Positions 25,903-40,200 of a stretch of DNA of 64,000 nt are shown piece by piece. Source of the DNA: Paragordius varius (taxonomy: Eukaryota > Animalia > Nematomorpha); assembly GCA_964247055.1 (NCBI GenBank), contig OZ176054.1, positions 9,114,001 through 9,178,000 on the forward strand, written 5' to 3'. The first letter of the stretch is position 1; every line of letters begins with the position of its first letter. A model generated the notes under the pieces. That model was not told where the DNA came from. It searched no databases and worked only from the letters and a program-made list of their open reading frames with translations. Both the position numbers and the translations under genes were made by a program.

Positions 25903-27115
25903 AAATTTCCCTTAAAATGATATTTATTTATCCTCTTTATCACTATGATACCAGTGTACTTAACAATTATATTATAATTAAAGTATTACACAACCAAACA
26001 TTAAGCGTATAGTATGATATTAAGTTAATATGTGCCATTTAATTTATTTTTTGACAATAAATAGTGTTTATATAGTATTTTTTATTTTTTCATTATTAGG
26101 CTTTTGTCCTATAAGGTTGATTTAAGCCAAATGAAGTTTTAAGTATTAAAAAAACGGTTATGATTATATCATCTAAATTTTCCAATTCTATGACATTAGT
26201 TTATATATAATGATGCTATTTTGGAATTCGATATATTGTTGTATAGAAAAAGTAAAATTTCATGATTTTAAGAATAGTTAAGAAATAAAACCAACCTTAA
26301 AAAATGTTATTAGCAAATCTTCATACGATACTCGTCCTATATTTACATATTATTTAATAAAAATTGTTTAAAACATTAGAAAAGACTCTATATCTGTACC
26401 GCAAGAATGGAAATAAAAAAATTTACACTAACGAATTATATATCCTGGCTAAATTGGAATAATGAATATCGAAAGTATAAATGCGGTTTATAGGCTAATT
26501 TTATTCCAATTTTTTTGCTATTAACCAAAATTTAGAAATCACATTTTTTCGCACTCTAGGTCAAATAAAATATAATAAGATGGATAAAAGTCAACGAAGT
26601 TTACTTCTTAAAACACCGTAAGGTAAATTAAAACGCAAAAATAAATATTTTACAATTTTTAAAGGCTTATATTAAAAAGAAATTTTTTGATAATTTGCAC
26701 CAAAGCGGAAGTAATGTATAATTTTTACTAAACATCCAATAAACATAAATACTTTTCCTATATTTCGATCGAAAAAAAGGATCTATCGACTCAGTTTTTT
26801 GAGTTAGGGAGTTTTATGCCAACAAGCCGGTATTAATAGCAAAATCGCACCATATGTTTAATCTTTAATATATGTTTTTAATTTTATGTGTAACCAATTT
26901 CTTTTACCACGCAATTGTGTGCGCTAAGTTTCTTTTTAATATGGAGTACTCCTAAAAGCTACATTATATATTTCCTTGCACTTATAATTGAATTATATTA
27001 AAAATATATTTTGGATTAGTATATTTTTCAGAAGTTTTACAATAAAATATAATATAAAAAAGTGTGGTTAAAAATAATTAAACTGCAGATATGGGGATAT
27101 AGAAATATCCTGTTG

Positions 27116-27118
<3 letters not shown>

Positions 27119-27151
<33 letters not shown>
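27119..27151. repeat. (TA)n microsatellite
   Basis: About 16 perfect TA units. Confidence 0.95.
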
Positions 27152-27154
<3 letters not shown>

Positions 27155-29639
27155 ATCAAAATTCTCATTTTTTTTGTTTCGGGGCTAACGAGTGATATAA
27201 GATATTAACAATTTTGTGGTAACTCCTCAACTCGTAAAATTGGCGCATACAAACGGTCACAAAATAAATTATCCTGATAAACATTGCTACTTTATTAGGA
27301 AAATGTCATGGTGCTTTGGGTTTGGGACCACGAGTGATTTAAAAAAGTTATCTACACTTTTGTGGAAAGTGCTCCATATCAATAAATGGGAAAATTTGCG
27401 CACATTTTGATAAATAAAATTTTTTTGGTGAATACTAAATGCTTTCCAAAAAATATCAATAAATTACATCATAAACTACATATAAAACGCAAAACAATAT
27501 TTTTTTATAAAATTAAAAATTTTAGATGTAGGCGCCGAAAATCTCAAATTTTTGGACCCTTCCATGGGCAAGTTCTCTTAAAATAAAAGCAATTTGAGAT
27601 TTTAATTTTAACATAACATTATTATTTTTTCGCGATGACATTTTGGGTTAGTTTTAGATCGCAGTACTTAAAGTAGTAAAAAAACTTCTATTATGAAGTT
27701 GTTTTGGTTCAAATTAAATTGTAAACTCCTCTTCTCCTGTATTTGATTAAAAAAACTTTTAGTTAAGATAATTAATCTAGAGAGTAGTACTCATTAAACT
27801 TATACAGACAAATAAAATGATTTTTTTGTCATAAGGGACTCAATATAATACCGACAAACCTTGATAGCTTCATATTACCTATTTAATCAATAAATTAAGA
27901 TTTGTTCCGAGTTATATACAAATTTTTATAATAAAATCTTCTAAAAATGGGCATATTGATTAATAGTTTTATACAAATCTACTAGAACATGTCAATCTAT
28001 AATATATTTTATTTTTGAATATTTATTCTGAATTGGAATCATTATAATTGTTAAAATCTTCAACAAGATACGTTCAATACCGGGGCATTTATTTTAAAGA
28101 AAGATGGAAACCAAGACCAACAGAATTTTTAAATACTGAAGAACAAAAATATCGAATCACTAAGAATTTTATTATTTCTAAGCAAATAAAAAAAAATATT
28201 TAATAATTCAGCGCCATAAAAAAGCGTTTTTAGGTCCGCTGTTGGCCGCGGTTCGAGTACCACTAGAGAGATTGAAATTGGGACAGCTCCGAAACACCTG
28301 AAAACAAAGCTGATTTTAAAATCTTATCTTGTGTTTGCTGGAAAATGTGACCTAGGAGGATTATAATGTACAATAATTTTTAATATATACTAAATTTTGA
28401 TATCAACTAAATATATATTTAAAGAGACTTATAAAAATCCGTAATTTACATTTTTGTCTGTTGTATTAGCAATTTAACTCTTTATACCTTTTCACTTTGT
28501 CCTAGTTGACGTATTTGGGTATTCATCCTAGATCTTAATTTTGTAAATAAAATACAATTTTGATATTTTAATTAAAATTTAATTATCAAGCATTATCCTC
28601 ATGTATTAGATAAAAAAGCTCAGATTTGATACAGTTTAGTGTCTTTCAGAGTCTAAAATTAGGACAGCTACAAAACACGGTTGAAACAAACAGCAGATAT
28701 TAAAATCAAGATATATCAAGTAACTGCTGGTATTTAGCCTGAAACCATAATATACATTTATTTATCTGTTGCATTGGCAATATATAGAAAAAAATGGCAC
28801 AAAAAAGTTTGAGATAAGAATTTTTTCATAATTTTGCATTTTTAAAACGAATTTTATTTGTATATTGCGCATAAAAGACTAAAGAAAGCATATTTAATTT
28901 GGCTTAATGCGTTAAATGCTTTGTAAGATATTCGAATTTAAAAACACTACCCCACAAGGTAATAAGTTGAAAATATTAAACACAACAAAATCGCCGTGAA
29001 AGAGTTTAAGATGAGATTTTACAATTTTTTTAAAAATTTATATCCTTTGTCTAAAAGACTAAAGAAAGCGTATTTCAAATTTGGTTCAATGCTAAAAAAT
29101 TAAGGATATTTTAAAATTAAATGACGGTGAAACTAATGTAAAAGTTATTGTTATATATATACAATATTGACATCAAAAAGGGTTTCCCGAAAAAAACGTA
29201 TATTTTGTTTAAAAATTTAGTTTTTAGCTTTACACTTTATGACTTTTTGGAAGAGTTTTATAATTTAGGCACACAATATCTTAAAAAAGATTTTTAGTAA
29301 TGAGCCCAATTAAAAAATATTTCTTTAGCAGTTTCAGCAATGTTCCAATTTTTTTAAAAAAAATTAAAATTGTGATTTTCATCCTAAGCCTTTTCGTCGA
29401 CATTTTATTTGGGTTTTTTAAAATTCCTAATACGACAGGTAAGGAAATTTATATTATACTTAAAAAATATAAATAATTAACTATTAAAAAGCATACTAGA
29501 AATTTTTTGATATTTTGAGATTTTAATTATAGTGTTATACTTCATCCTTTTTTTCGAGCTATCCAAATAAGGGGCTAATCACAACCCTAGCTCTGCATGT
29601 AAAAAATGGTGTCACAAAAAATGTACAAACATTACCGGC

Positions 29640-30230
29640 AAAATATCCGAACAGATAAATTTCAAATGCGAATCATGCGTGCAGCTTTCACCGCCCCCAT
29701 CAATTAAGCACGTAGCCCTTAATAACTCATGCTTTGAAGTAGTAACCGAGTTTACCTATCTTGGCGACAAAATAACATCATACTCATCAAACAATAGCAC
29801 AATAAATGCAAGAATAAATCGTACCTTGGGAAAATATCATCAGCTAAAATATATACTAAAACAAAAGCATATATTCCTCAAAACAAAAGGCTTAATTTAT
29901 AAAATGGGACAAAGACCAATTTTGACATATGCCACAGAAATAATGGCATAAACACAAACTCAAGCGAAACTTTCTTTCAGCGCGGAAAACCGCATAGTAC
30001 CCCTGATGTCAACGCAACTAAATCCCCAAGATATCCGCAAATTGGAGCCAATAGACAAATTCATTCAATTCAAAAGAATGAGGTACTACGGTGACCTTAA
30101 CCGTATGAATCCTGACAATCCGATCAGGACCTCATTCGACATTATCCCACCCGGTACAATAAGCCCGGTGATCCACGTTTAACCTGGGCTAAAAAGATTG
30201 ATCTGGATTTCCAACAACTCAAACTGCTAA
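29640..30230 (+). mobile_element. 3' fragment of an RTE-type non-LTR retrotransposon (RT C-terminus), degenerate
   Basis: FEVVTEFTYLGDKIT...INARIN...LKYILKQKHIFLKTKGLIYK...RPILTYATE, then YGDLNRM...PRLTWAKKIDLDFQQL in shifted frames. Confidence 0.8.
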
Positions 30231-30430
30231 AAACAGGTTATATGATTAAAAACTATTTCATAAAAAAATGGATAGCTTACGATGGTATACCATCAAAGCT
30301 TACTGTTAAACAACAACAACCATTTTTCAATTCATATATATATATAATCATATTTTTTAAACGTATCTTTTGTCACCACGTTATGTGATTATTTATTTAT
30401 ACATTAAACATTTTTTTGTGTAAGGTCCTT

Positions 30431-31783
<1,353 letters not shown>

Positions 31784-32266
31784 GTTTATAACAAAATATC
31801 AATTTATGCAAATCTCTGTTTTACCCAATAACACTCTTTGGCTATTTTATCTACCTTGCTCACTCAATTATATTAAATTTTACCTTAAATCCTATTAATC
31901 AATCATGGCTTTATTATTACAATTTGCCGAATCATCTGTAGTAAACCACACACACATTTGTATACAATTTTTTATAATATAATTATATAGTAATAATTTA
32001 TTTATTATAAATCGATCAATCATATATCATGTACAATTTAGATATTATAATATGATAAAAAATACATTGCAATTTTATAATTGAAAAAATGCCAAATAGC
32101 ATTTAAAGTAAAGGCTTAGCCATATTAATGGTCAAAAAAAGTTATAAATATTTCCGATGCACCAAATTTAGGCCATAAATATTGTTTTTACTGTAAATGC
32201 TATATGGCAATATCAAAGAAAAAAAAGGCTCGCAGTGTATTTTTGTCTCATACTGTAATAGTTTAA

Positions 32267-35200
32267 TTAATTATTAGTTTTCTTGACTATTTGTACCACA
32301 TCTTCATCATCTAAGTTGTGTTGAAGACCGACGCGTTGGGGACTAAATTTAACACTGCTCCCCTATTTACAGTAAAAAAAGGTTATATATAATATTATCA
32401 GGAAACATTATTCTTTAAGCGTTATAAAAAAATTTATAGTAAAAATTTATAATTATGCCAAATAACTTATATACTATAATCAAGGATGAAAATAAAGAAC
32501 ACATACCCAAACTATTGCATATTTGAAGTTTGACGTTAAGGATCTGTGAATTCTATGACACTATATTTTATACAATAATTAAAATATAAAATTATGAATT
32601 ATATAAAACTCGAAATAATAATTAAATACTTAATTAATTATTTAACTAAATTTTATCAAAAAAGATATACGTTTATGGTTAAACACTAGTAATTAATTAC
32701 AAATATGCATATTTCATTTAAAAGCAAATATTATTATAAAAATACCAAATGCTCGATTGTGGAACCCTGTCGTAAAATTATACAATCCTCAAAATCGGGA
32801 GCACCTACATAATAAAATTATCGTAAAAATGCAAGTATATTTGAAATTTTTAAAATTATTTACATCCAGGTTTTTTCGTGTAAATTCGTAGCAGAGCCAG
32901 ATGGTCCCATAATGTGTCCAATAAGTAGTCAATATTTAATTTGAGATTGCAACTATTTGACAAGTAAATAATTGTATTTATAAAGCGTAATAAATTCAAT
33001 AATATAATATTTATGTATACTATATATTTCTGAGATGATAAAACATTTTAGTGTTTATCGAGACGTCTTTTATATTATTAATTTTATTATATATCGTATA
33101 ATAAATAAAATTGCTTTAATAGATATTGGCGATGAATTTTTCAAAATTTTCATTTAAAAACAACCTTTATACAAGCCAAAGATATTTTTAGTATAAATCT
33201 ATGGACTGATTAACTATTTTTTCACAAAGCTCTAAAAATCATTTTCAAAATAAATAATCTTACCTTAAAACAACCGTATATTGTTCCCTAGCTCTCATAT
33301 CAAGCTCCTCAATCGTTATTTGGTCAATTTTGTTGTATGCCTATAAAAAATTTATGATGCATCATAAATAATATCTAAACAAATCATTTTATTAAAATAT
33401 TATAATTATAAAATAAGCTTTTTACTAAACTTACGTAAAGACAAGGGATATAGGAACGATTACCCAAAATCACATCAATCAATTCATCGGGTGAATGATC
33501 GTGTCGAAACACAACTTCCGCATTATGGATTTCTTAATGTTAATTTAAATAAATAAGCATTGTTTTGGTTTTAAAAAGATTCCACATTAATTTTTCAAAA
33601 ACGGTTCTGAACAAAATTTTTGCGGTTTCAAATTTTTTACTTGAAATATTTAGCCGCAAAAACGGAATAAATCAAAAATTTTAAGAAATAAATAATTAGA
33701 TGTAAATTAAAATAACTATAATAAAGATCAACATTATATTTAAATAAAAAATCGATATTGCTCGGAATTTTTTTACTTTTAAAAGTTGTTAATTATATTA
33801 AATTTTAAAAAAAAAACCAAAACTGAAAAAATAATTAAACTACTAAATAAAATGTTTAAAATTATCCCTTTTACCAAAAATTATCGTTTTTGAAAATAAT
33901 TATAATATAAAATCATACTATATTCGTGTAAAATGTTGTACACCATTTTTTCATCGCATTTCGTTAGGGTGACAGTTGAATTAAAGAATATACCTCCACA
34001 TTTTTTTGGCTAATAGATGTTCCCTTAATAATTAATATGTACTTTATAGTATATTTGTGGACGTTGCTTATTTAATCGGATACCCACACTTTCCAGTTCA
34101 TTTTCCAGTAAATGCCTGTCATTTTATTTAAACATAATTATTATTAGATTAAATAAACAAATATTTTGATTAATATTTATATCTAATATTTAAATAAATG
34201 ATTTAAATTACGTCAAAAAATAAAAAAATAATTAGGAAAAAAGGCTTTAAAAAAAGTTTCATGCATAAAATATATATATTATAAGTTCTTAGTATAAATG
34301 TCCAAATCCTACTAATCTATTAGTGTATCTAATTTTGGAAACAGAAAAATTCACTAATAAATATTTTAAATTATGCAAAAAAAACATTTAAATTTGAAGC
34401 CATTGCTTTATTATATTTTGTAATATTTATATGTTACTTCCAGTTTGAAATGTTTTTCAAAATATACAGATTAAAAACAAAAACATATAATATTATTTTG
34501 AAAAATTCATAATTTCTAACCCAGAACTCACAGAAAATTGCTTTAATTCATCAAACTATCAAAATTTCTTATAAATAATGGTAGTTTATCGGCTTTAATA
34601 TATACTTTTGAACATCTCCTTTAGTGGGATCCAACATGATTATAATTAAATCAGCTGTTTTCGCAACCGCTATAACTTGACGACCACGACCTCGCCCCTG
34701 GGCAGCACCTTCGATAATACCGGGTAAATCCAATAATTGGATTTTAGCATTGTTATACTAAGAGAACATAGAATAGATATATACAGTGTGAGTGGCTATA
34801 TATTGATAATTTTTATTAAGTATTGCCAGTAGATGGCATATCCAGTACAAAGTACTATTATTGGTGAATGGCAACGCGGAAAAATTAACTTTAACCCAAT
34901 AATAGTTCTCTTTGTTGTATATAGCAATGTACTCTAAACATGCAAATAGATCATTGGTAAACTCCCTAAAAGTACTTTTTATGGTTATGAATTATTTATT
35001 ACAACTTATATACTTATTTGGATATAATGCAGATGACCCAACAGCTATAAAAATTTCATCAGTATAATGGCCGTTGAGACAGGAAAAATATGTTTTTTAG
35101 CGCCCTTCAATTTTTTTGGTGAGAATTATTCATATATAGATATATAGAGTGGTCCCCTCATAATAGGTTTTTTAAAATAAACAGCGCCAATTCGGACATG

Positions 35201-36773
35201 CAGCCGATAAAAAAAAGCGACCAAGTTAGGTCCAGTTGAAGGGGCTGTGGAAGGCCTAAACTACGATATACCATTTGCACTTCAAGAGTGTCCGTGAACA
35301 TTTCAAGTTGGTTCTTGAACAGTTCAAGTTGGTCCTTGAACAATTCAAGTTGGTCCTTGAACAGTTCAAGTTGGTCCTTGAACAATTCAAGTTGGTCCTT
35401 GAACAATTCAAGTTGATCCTTGAACAAGTTGGTCCTTGAACAATTCAAGTTGGTCCTTGAACACTTCAAGTTGGTCCTTAAAATTTATAAATTTTGATTT
35501 AACCATAATTTTTGCATTTATTTTTTTATTTTATTATTTATTAACCTAATTTTCTTTATTTATTATATATTTATTCATTTAAAAATAAAAAATTTTATTT
35601 ATAAACCTATTTTTTGTTCTGAACAATTTTTTTCGATTGTACAAAATTATTGACTTTTAAATGTTTTTAATGAAAAATTTTAATTTATAACCCAGAAAAC
35701 TTATATATTTTTTCATTTCGTGTTAAAATCTTACAGATATCCAAAATTTAAGAAATTAATAAAGATATACGGTTCAAAAGTTGATATTGATTTAAAATTT
35801 ATGTTAAATAATAGAAAATAGGTTAAAAACAATAAAATAGATGAATTATTTACGATTTGATTGATAAAAGTTAAAAACATAACAAAAATGTCAAAGGACC
35901 AACTTGAAGTGTTCAAGGACACTCTTGAAGTGCAAATGGTATACTTAGATCAGATTTTAAAATTTCAGCACATTCCCATGAACTTGCACATCTCACAACA
36001 AATGCTATGGACCAAGGTGTCTCAACTGTCCCAGAATATTTATCCAAACTAAAGAATATCCATCATCATTAACTAATAAACTCATGCTGATTATTATGCA
36101 CTTTTCTGATTTACCTTTACAGTATAAAGAAGTTGACTAAATCATTCCTCTCTAGGGGTATTTTAAAATCTCATGAGCCAAAAAAGATAAAAAATTAAAA
36201 TATTTATTAAATTTACATATCATATGGAATATAATATATATTTTTAAAAGGAAAGCGAATGTTAATTGAAATTTATAAGAATTTAATATAACTTTGGTCA
36301 TGTTAACATAATCTTTTTTCACACATGGATTATAGGGGTTCCATTGTATATTAATTTTTTATGTTTTAATTAATTTTTAGATTATATAAGCATAAAAAAG
36401 TTATACATTTATGATGCCGGGAATACAGGTAAGAGTAGTAAATTCGTAAGCAGCTTGCTCACTGTGCTGATTTGTTACGGTATTTAAAAATGTCGACTAT
36501 AATATATATCGTATGCTTAAACCTTCCCAACCGATGGAAATCCAATTAATGCGACTCGTGCATCACCACTTTTCATAACATCAAAACCTTCTCCCTATTT
36601 AAAAATAAAATACATCCTATTACTTTTTCAGATTTTTTAGATGGTTCCAATAATTGTGACCGGTACTTAGCTAATTTGGCCTTTAATATCCCTAAATGAT
36701 ATTCGGTAGCCTTATTTTTTTGAGTACGGGATATTTCCCTCTCGATTTCTGCAATTTTTTCTAATATTCCCAT
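32267..36773 (-). CDS. DRG2: Developmentally regulated GTP-binding protein 2
   Basis: [113 protein letters not shown]...[10 protein letters not shown]. Confidence 0.97.
35267..35943. mobile_element. MITE family 1, full-length, with 21-bp repeat expansion at the left end, in a DRG2 intron
   Basis: TIRs tataccatttgcacttcaagagtgtcc / ggacactcttgaagtgcaaatggtata; about 8 tandem ttcaagttggtccttgaacaa units at ~35300-35480. Confidence 0.93.
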
Positions 36774-37297
36774 AGCAATATGGTTACATGAATGCTCAAC
36801 ACAAAAGCCTGTACAAGAGCCCAAATCCAAAACCCAATAAAAAACCTCAAGCACATTCACATAAATTTCAGCAAAAATTAGATCTGGCCCGTAAAAGCAT
36901 TGAGGATACAAATAATGAAAGTACTTTTTTATAATATTTTAGAAGAACTAGATTACCTTATATCGCTGGAAGAAAAAATATCAAAAGAAATGAAATCGAA
37001 AAACTAATATATTATATACGCGATATTAGTTGGGATGTAGTTCATATATTTTTAATTAATATTATTGTTTTTTAATGGATTCCAATAAATTTTCTGAATT
37101 GTTTTTAATTTATAGGCATTTTAACAGTTTATTAATGATTTTTAATGCATTATTGTTAAAAGGCTAAACATATTGGCCATTGACGTAAACACTTAAGGGT
37201 TCAACTTATTGTTTTGTACTACTCTAATCCCAAATTAATTAAGCTAATGATTTTTTGAATCTATGTACCAAATGTTTGATAATTTTTATCCGTAAAA

Positions 37298-40200
37298 ATG
37301 TCGAAATATGAGTTATCCTTTTTGGAACATCTTTTGTTGCAAATCAATGGAATAAATAATAGCAGCGTGGCATTAAACAAACCCTTTTTACGACAGTTGG
37401 TCCGCCGCAATTATTCATTTTTCATTGCAATTTATGTTATGGAAATTTTAACCGGTTTAATTGGAAATGTATATGTGTTGGTAAATATTTGTTATCGACT
37501 TTATGTCAAACGACATTATCCTCCAAAGCAAAATAATTCTGTCCAATATATTCTATTGAATATAGTTGTTAATAACTTTATCAAATGTCTATTTGCCATC
37601 CCCATAACATTAACTCATTCCTTACTACAAAATTGGTTGTTTGGTAATTTCATGTGTTATTTTTTGCCTATGATTCAGTATTTTCCTGTGCATGGGACTA
37701 CGCTGTCATATCTTGCGATAGCTTTTGTAAGGTTTGTTACATTAAAATTATATTTGCGGTAACAATAAATAGTAAAACACATCAGAAAACTGTAATCTCA
37801 TTAAAATGAAAGTGTTTACTGAAATTCAATCCCATTTCCTAAAAAGGAGTATTTTCTTGAAAAAAATTTCAGAAATTGTTAGTCTTCCCAAATACCGGTA
37901 GTATCATCCATAAATAAGGAGATATTTCGCTGAACATAGATAAGCTACTTTAAAAAGCTCTGTCAATACCCCCACCCTCCTCAAAAACCTAAGATTTTGA
38001 AAATATTTATTTATACAGATTTTTGGGAAAAGGTATGACGTGTAATCGTTCTAAATATTTCTCTAAAGGTGAATATTATTATTGATCGCTTTATAACAAT
38101 TATAAAATTGTCTAATCATAGCGATTGTTTTATATTATTCTGAGATGTTTAGGCTTACCTTTTTTATAGGGCTATTATACAGATGAAACCCAGGTAGAGA
38201 GGTGGTTAAGAGTATTCCATTTGTTGTTATATCTTTAGTACCTTATTACTTATATATATGTAGCAATTTTATCCTCTATTTATTGTGAAAAGTATATTAT
38301 CACATGATTCATTATCCGTGTTTCGGCAAAATATTACGACGCATGTCTGTATATCTAGTTTAGAATCTGAATAAAGTTAATGTATATTCTGGGAAAACCA
38401 TATTTAGTCTAAAAATCTAAGTTTTATGATTTAAAAATTGTCAAAGAATAAAATAATTTATCATATAATTTAGAATTGTAATTGTATTTCAAGATTAATA
38501 TTAATATAAACATAAAAAATTTGATAATGCCATATTATTTCTAAAAGGCAGCAAAATGAGCTTTAAAAAACATTAAAAGTTGAAATTGATCCTGCATCTA
38601 TCTCAGGTGGCGGGGAAAAGCATTAATATTTAGGGTCAAAATGTGGTGTTAATTATATTATATAGATATTAACCACTCATATCCTAAAATTGGGAGTCAA
38701 TTTTTAAAAATCTAAACCCAAAAAACTAATTTTCAGCAGTTAGCAGTTTTTAAATTTGTTATACTACTTCTTAATTACATTAGGTAAAATATTTCAATTA
38801 ATTTTAATTAATATATCAATTTAAAAGCTGTGGTGAAATTTTCTCCGATATTTCAAAGTCCGTCTTTTAAATTATAAATCTAATTTTTATTATTTTTTGA
38901 AATAATGTAATATTCTAAGGGTTATTAGGAGTGGTCTCCAGTTTTTACACCGGTGCTCTGATATAAAAATTATTAGACCATACGATTAAAATTGTTCGGT
39001 ATATGATAACAAGAATCGTACTTTTAATAGCAAAAATATTATTTAAAATATATTTTATTTGTTATTTAAAAATCATATATTTATTTTCATCATAAAAACC
39101 AACCACATTTTTGTGTTCCAATATTAAAAGCCGATGTTACTACGACTCTACAACTAATATATTATTTCTACACAATTCCATATTAGAATTTTTACGTTTA
39201 ATAATAAAAAATAAATGTATGCATGAATAATTTGATTAAAATAATTTAAAAACAGATGGCTAAAATTGAGTTTTTTTTAAATAAAGTTTTTAGGTATTGG
39301 TTTCTCTGTCATATGAGGAAAATTAATCCGAAATAAACAATTAATTTTATAAATTAATAATCTCGCATAGCATCGTTCATAAGTTAAAATGGTGAATTTA
39401 AATATATATATGTAATTTAGATATAGAGAATTGTGTGTGATTGGTAAACCAATATTAAATCCAGCCTTTCTTATTTCAGCCATATGGATGGTGAGCATAA
39501 GCTCTGTCCTACCTTATGTCATATATTTCAGATACGTTGATGTCGGTGAAATTTTGGGCCAAAACTTTTTTGGAGTCGGACTGTGTTTCAAACAATCGAA
39601 ACAAAACATCCGTGATTATTTACGAGTGGTCGTTGTTTTTATCTATGTTCTACCCTTGTCCCTTATAGCGTATTTCATGGTGAGAACATCAGCAAAATTA
39701 AAATCTATAAATGAACCCAAAAATGCATTCATCCTGAGTGTTAGAGGGGAAGGTGTGGATACCAATAACGTTTTAATTGACAATAGTGATAATACCCGTA
39801 TTGCACGTGCTCATTTTCAAAATAGTGATGATAATAATGCTGAAACCGTGTATGCCGAGGAGTTTAAATCAATGTGGTTGGAAAAAATATCACAAACATT
39901 TTTGGTATGTTTTAATTACAATACAAATCTTGCATTCATGGTCATCAATACGAATTGGCCAGTTTTGGATTATAAATTGTAAAAATCCTCATTGTATGGC
40001 AATTTTGGCTTTTAAATTATTATTTTATCTAGTACAATGCGTCGTATACCATCGTCGTCAATAAAAAACAGTAACTAGAACCAAACTTAAATGGTAGCTG
40101 AAAAAATTAATTAAATAGTTCAACTATGAAAATTTTTTTAGCTTAATCATTAATATTTTTGAATAAGCATTTTTTAAGGGATTATATGTTCATTTTTGTG

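Noticed and set aside
28230-28265. ggttcgagtacc, a tRNA B-box-like motif
   Set aside because: No pairing T stem, A box or cloverleaf could be built; at most a decayed SINE head.
35056-35062. Other CTGATGA/TCATCAG heptamers (here and near 20028, 48967, 53218, 55987)
   Set aside because: They lack a properly spaced stem II, GAAA and stem I; several lie in coding exons.
35158-35469. ORF with (LELFKDQ)n heptads resembling a leucine zipper (also ORFs 5683-5871 and 35861-36052)
   Set aside because: It is the translation of the 21-bp subterminal repeats of MITE family 1.
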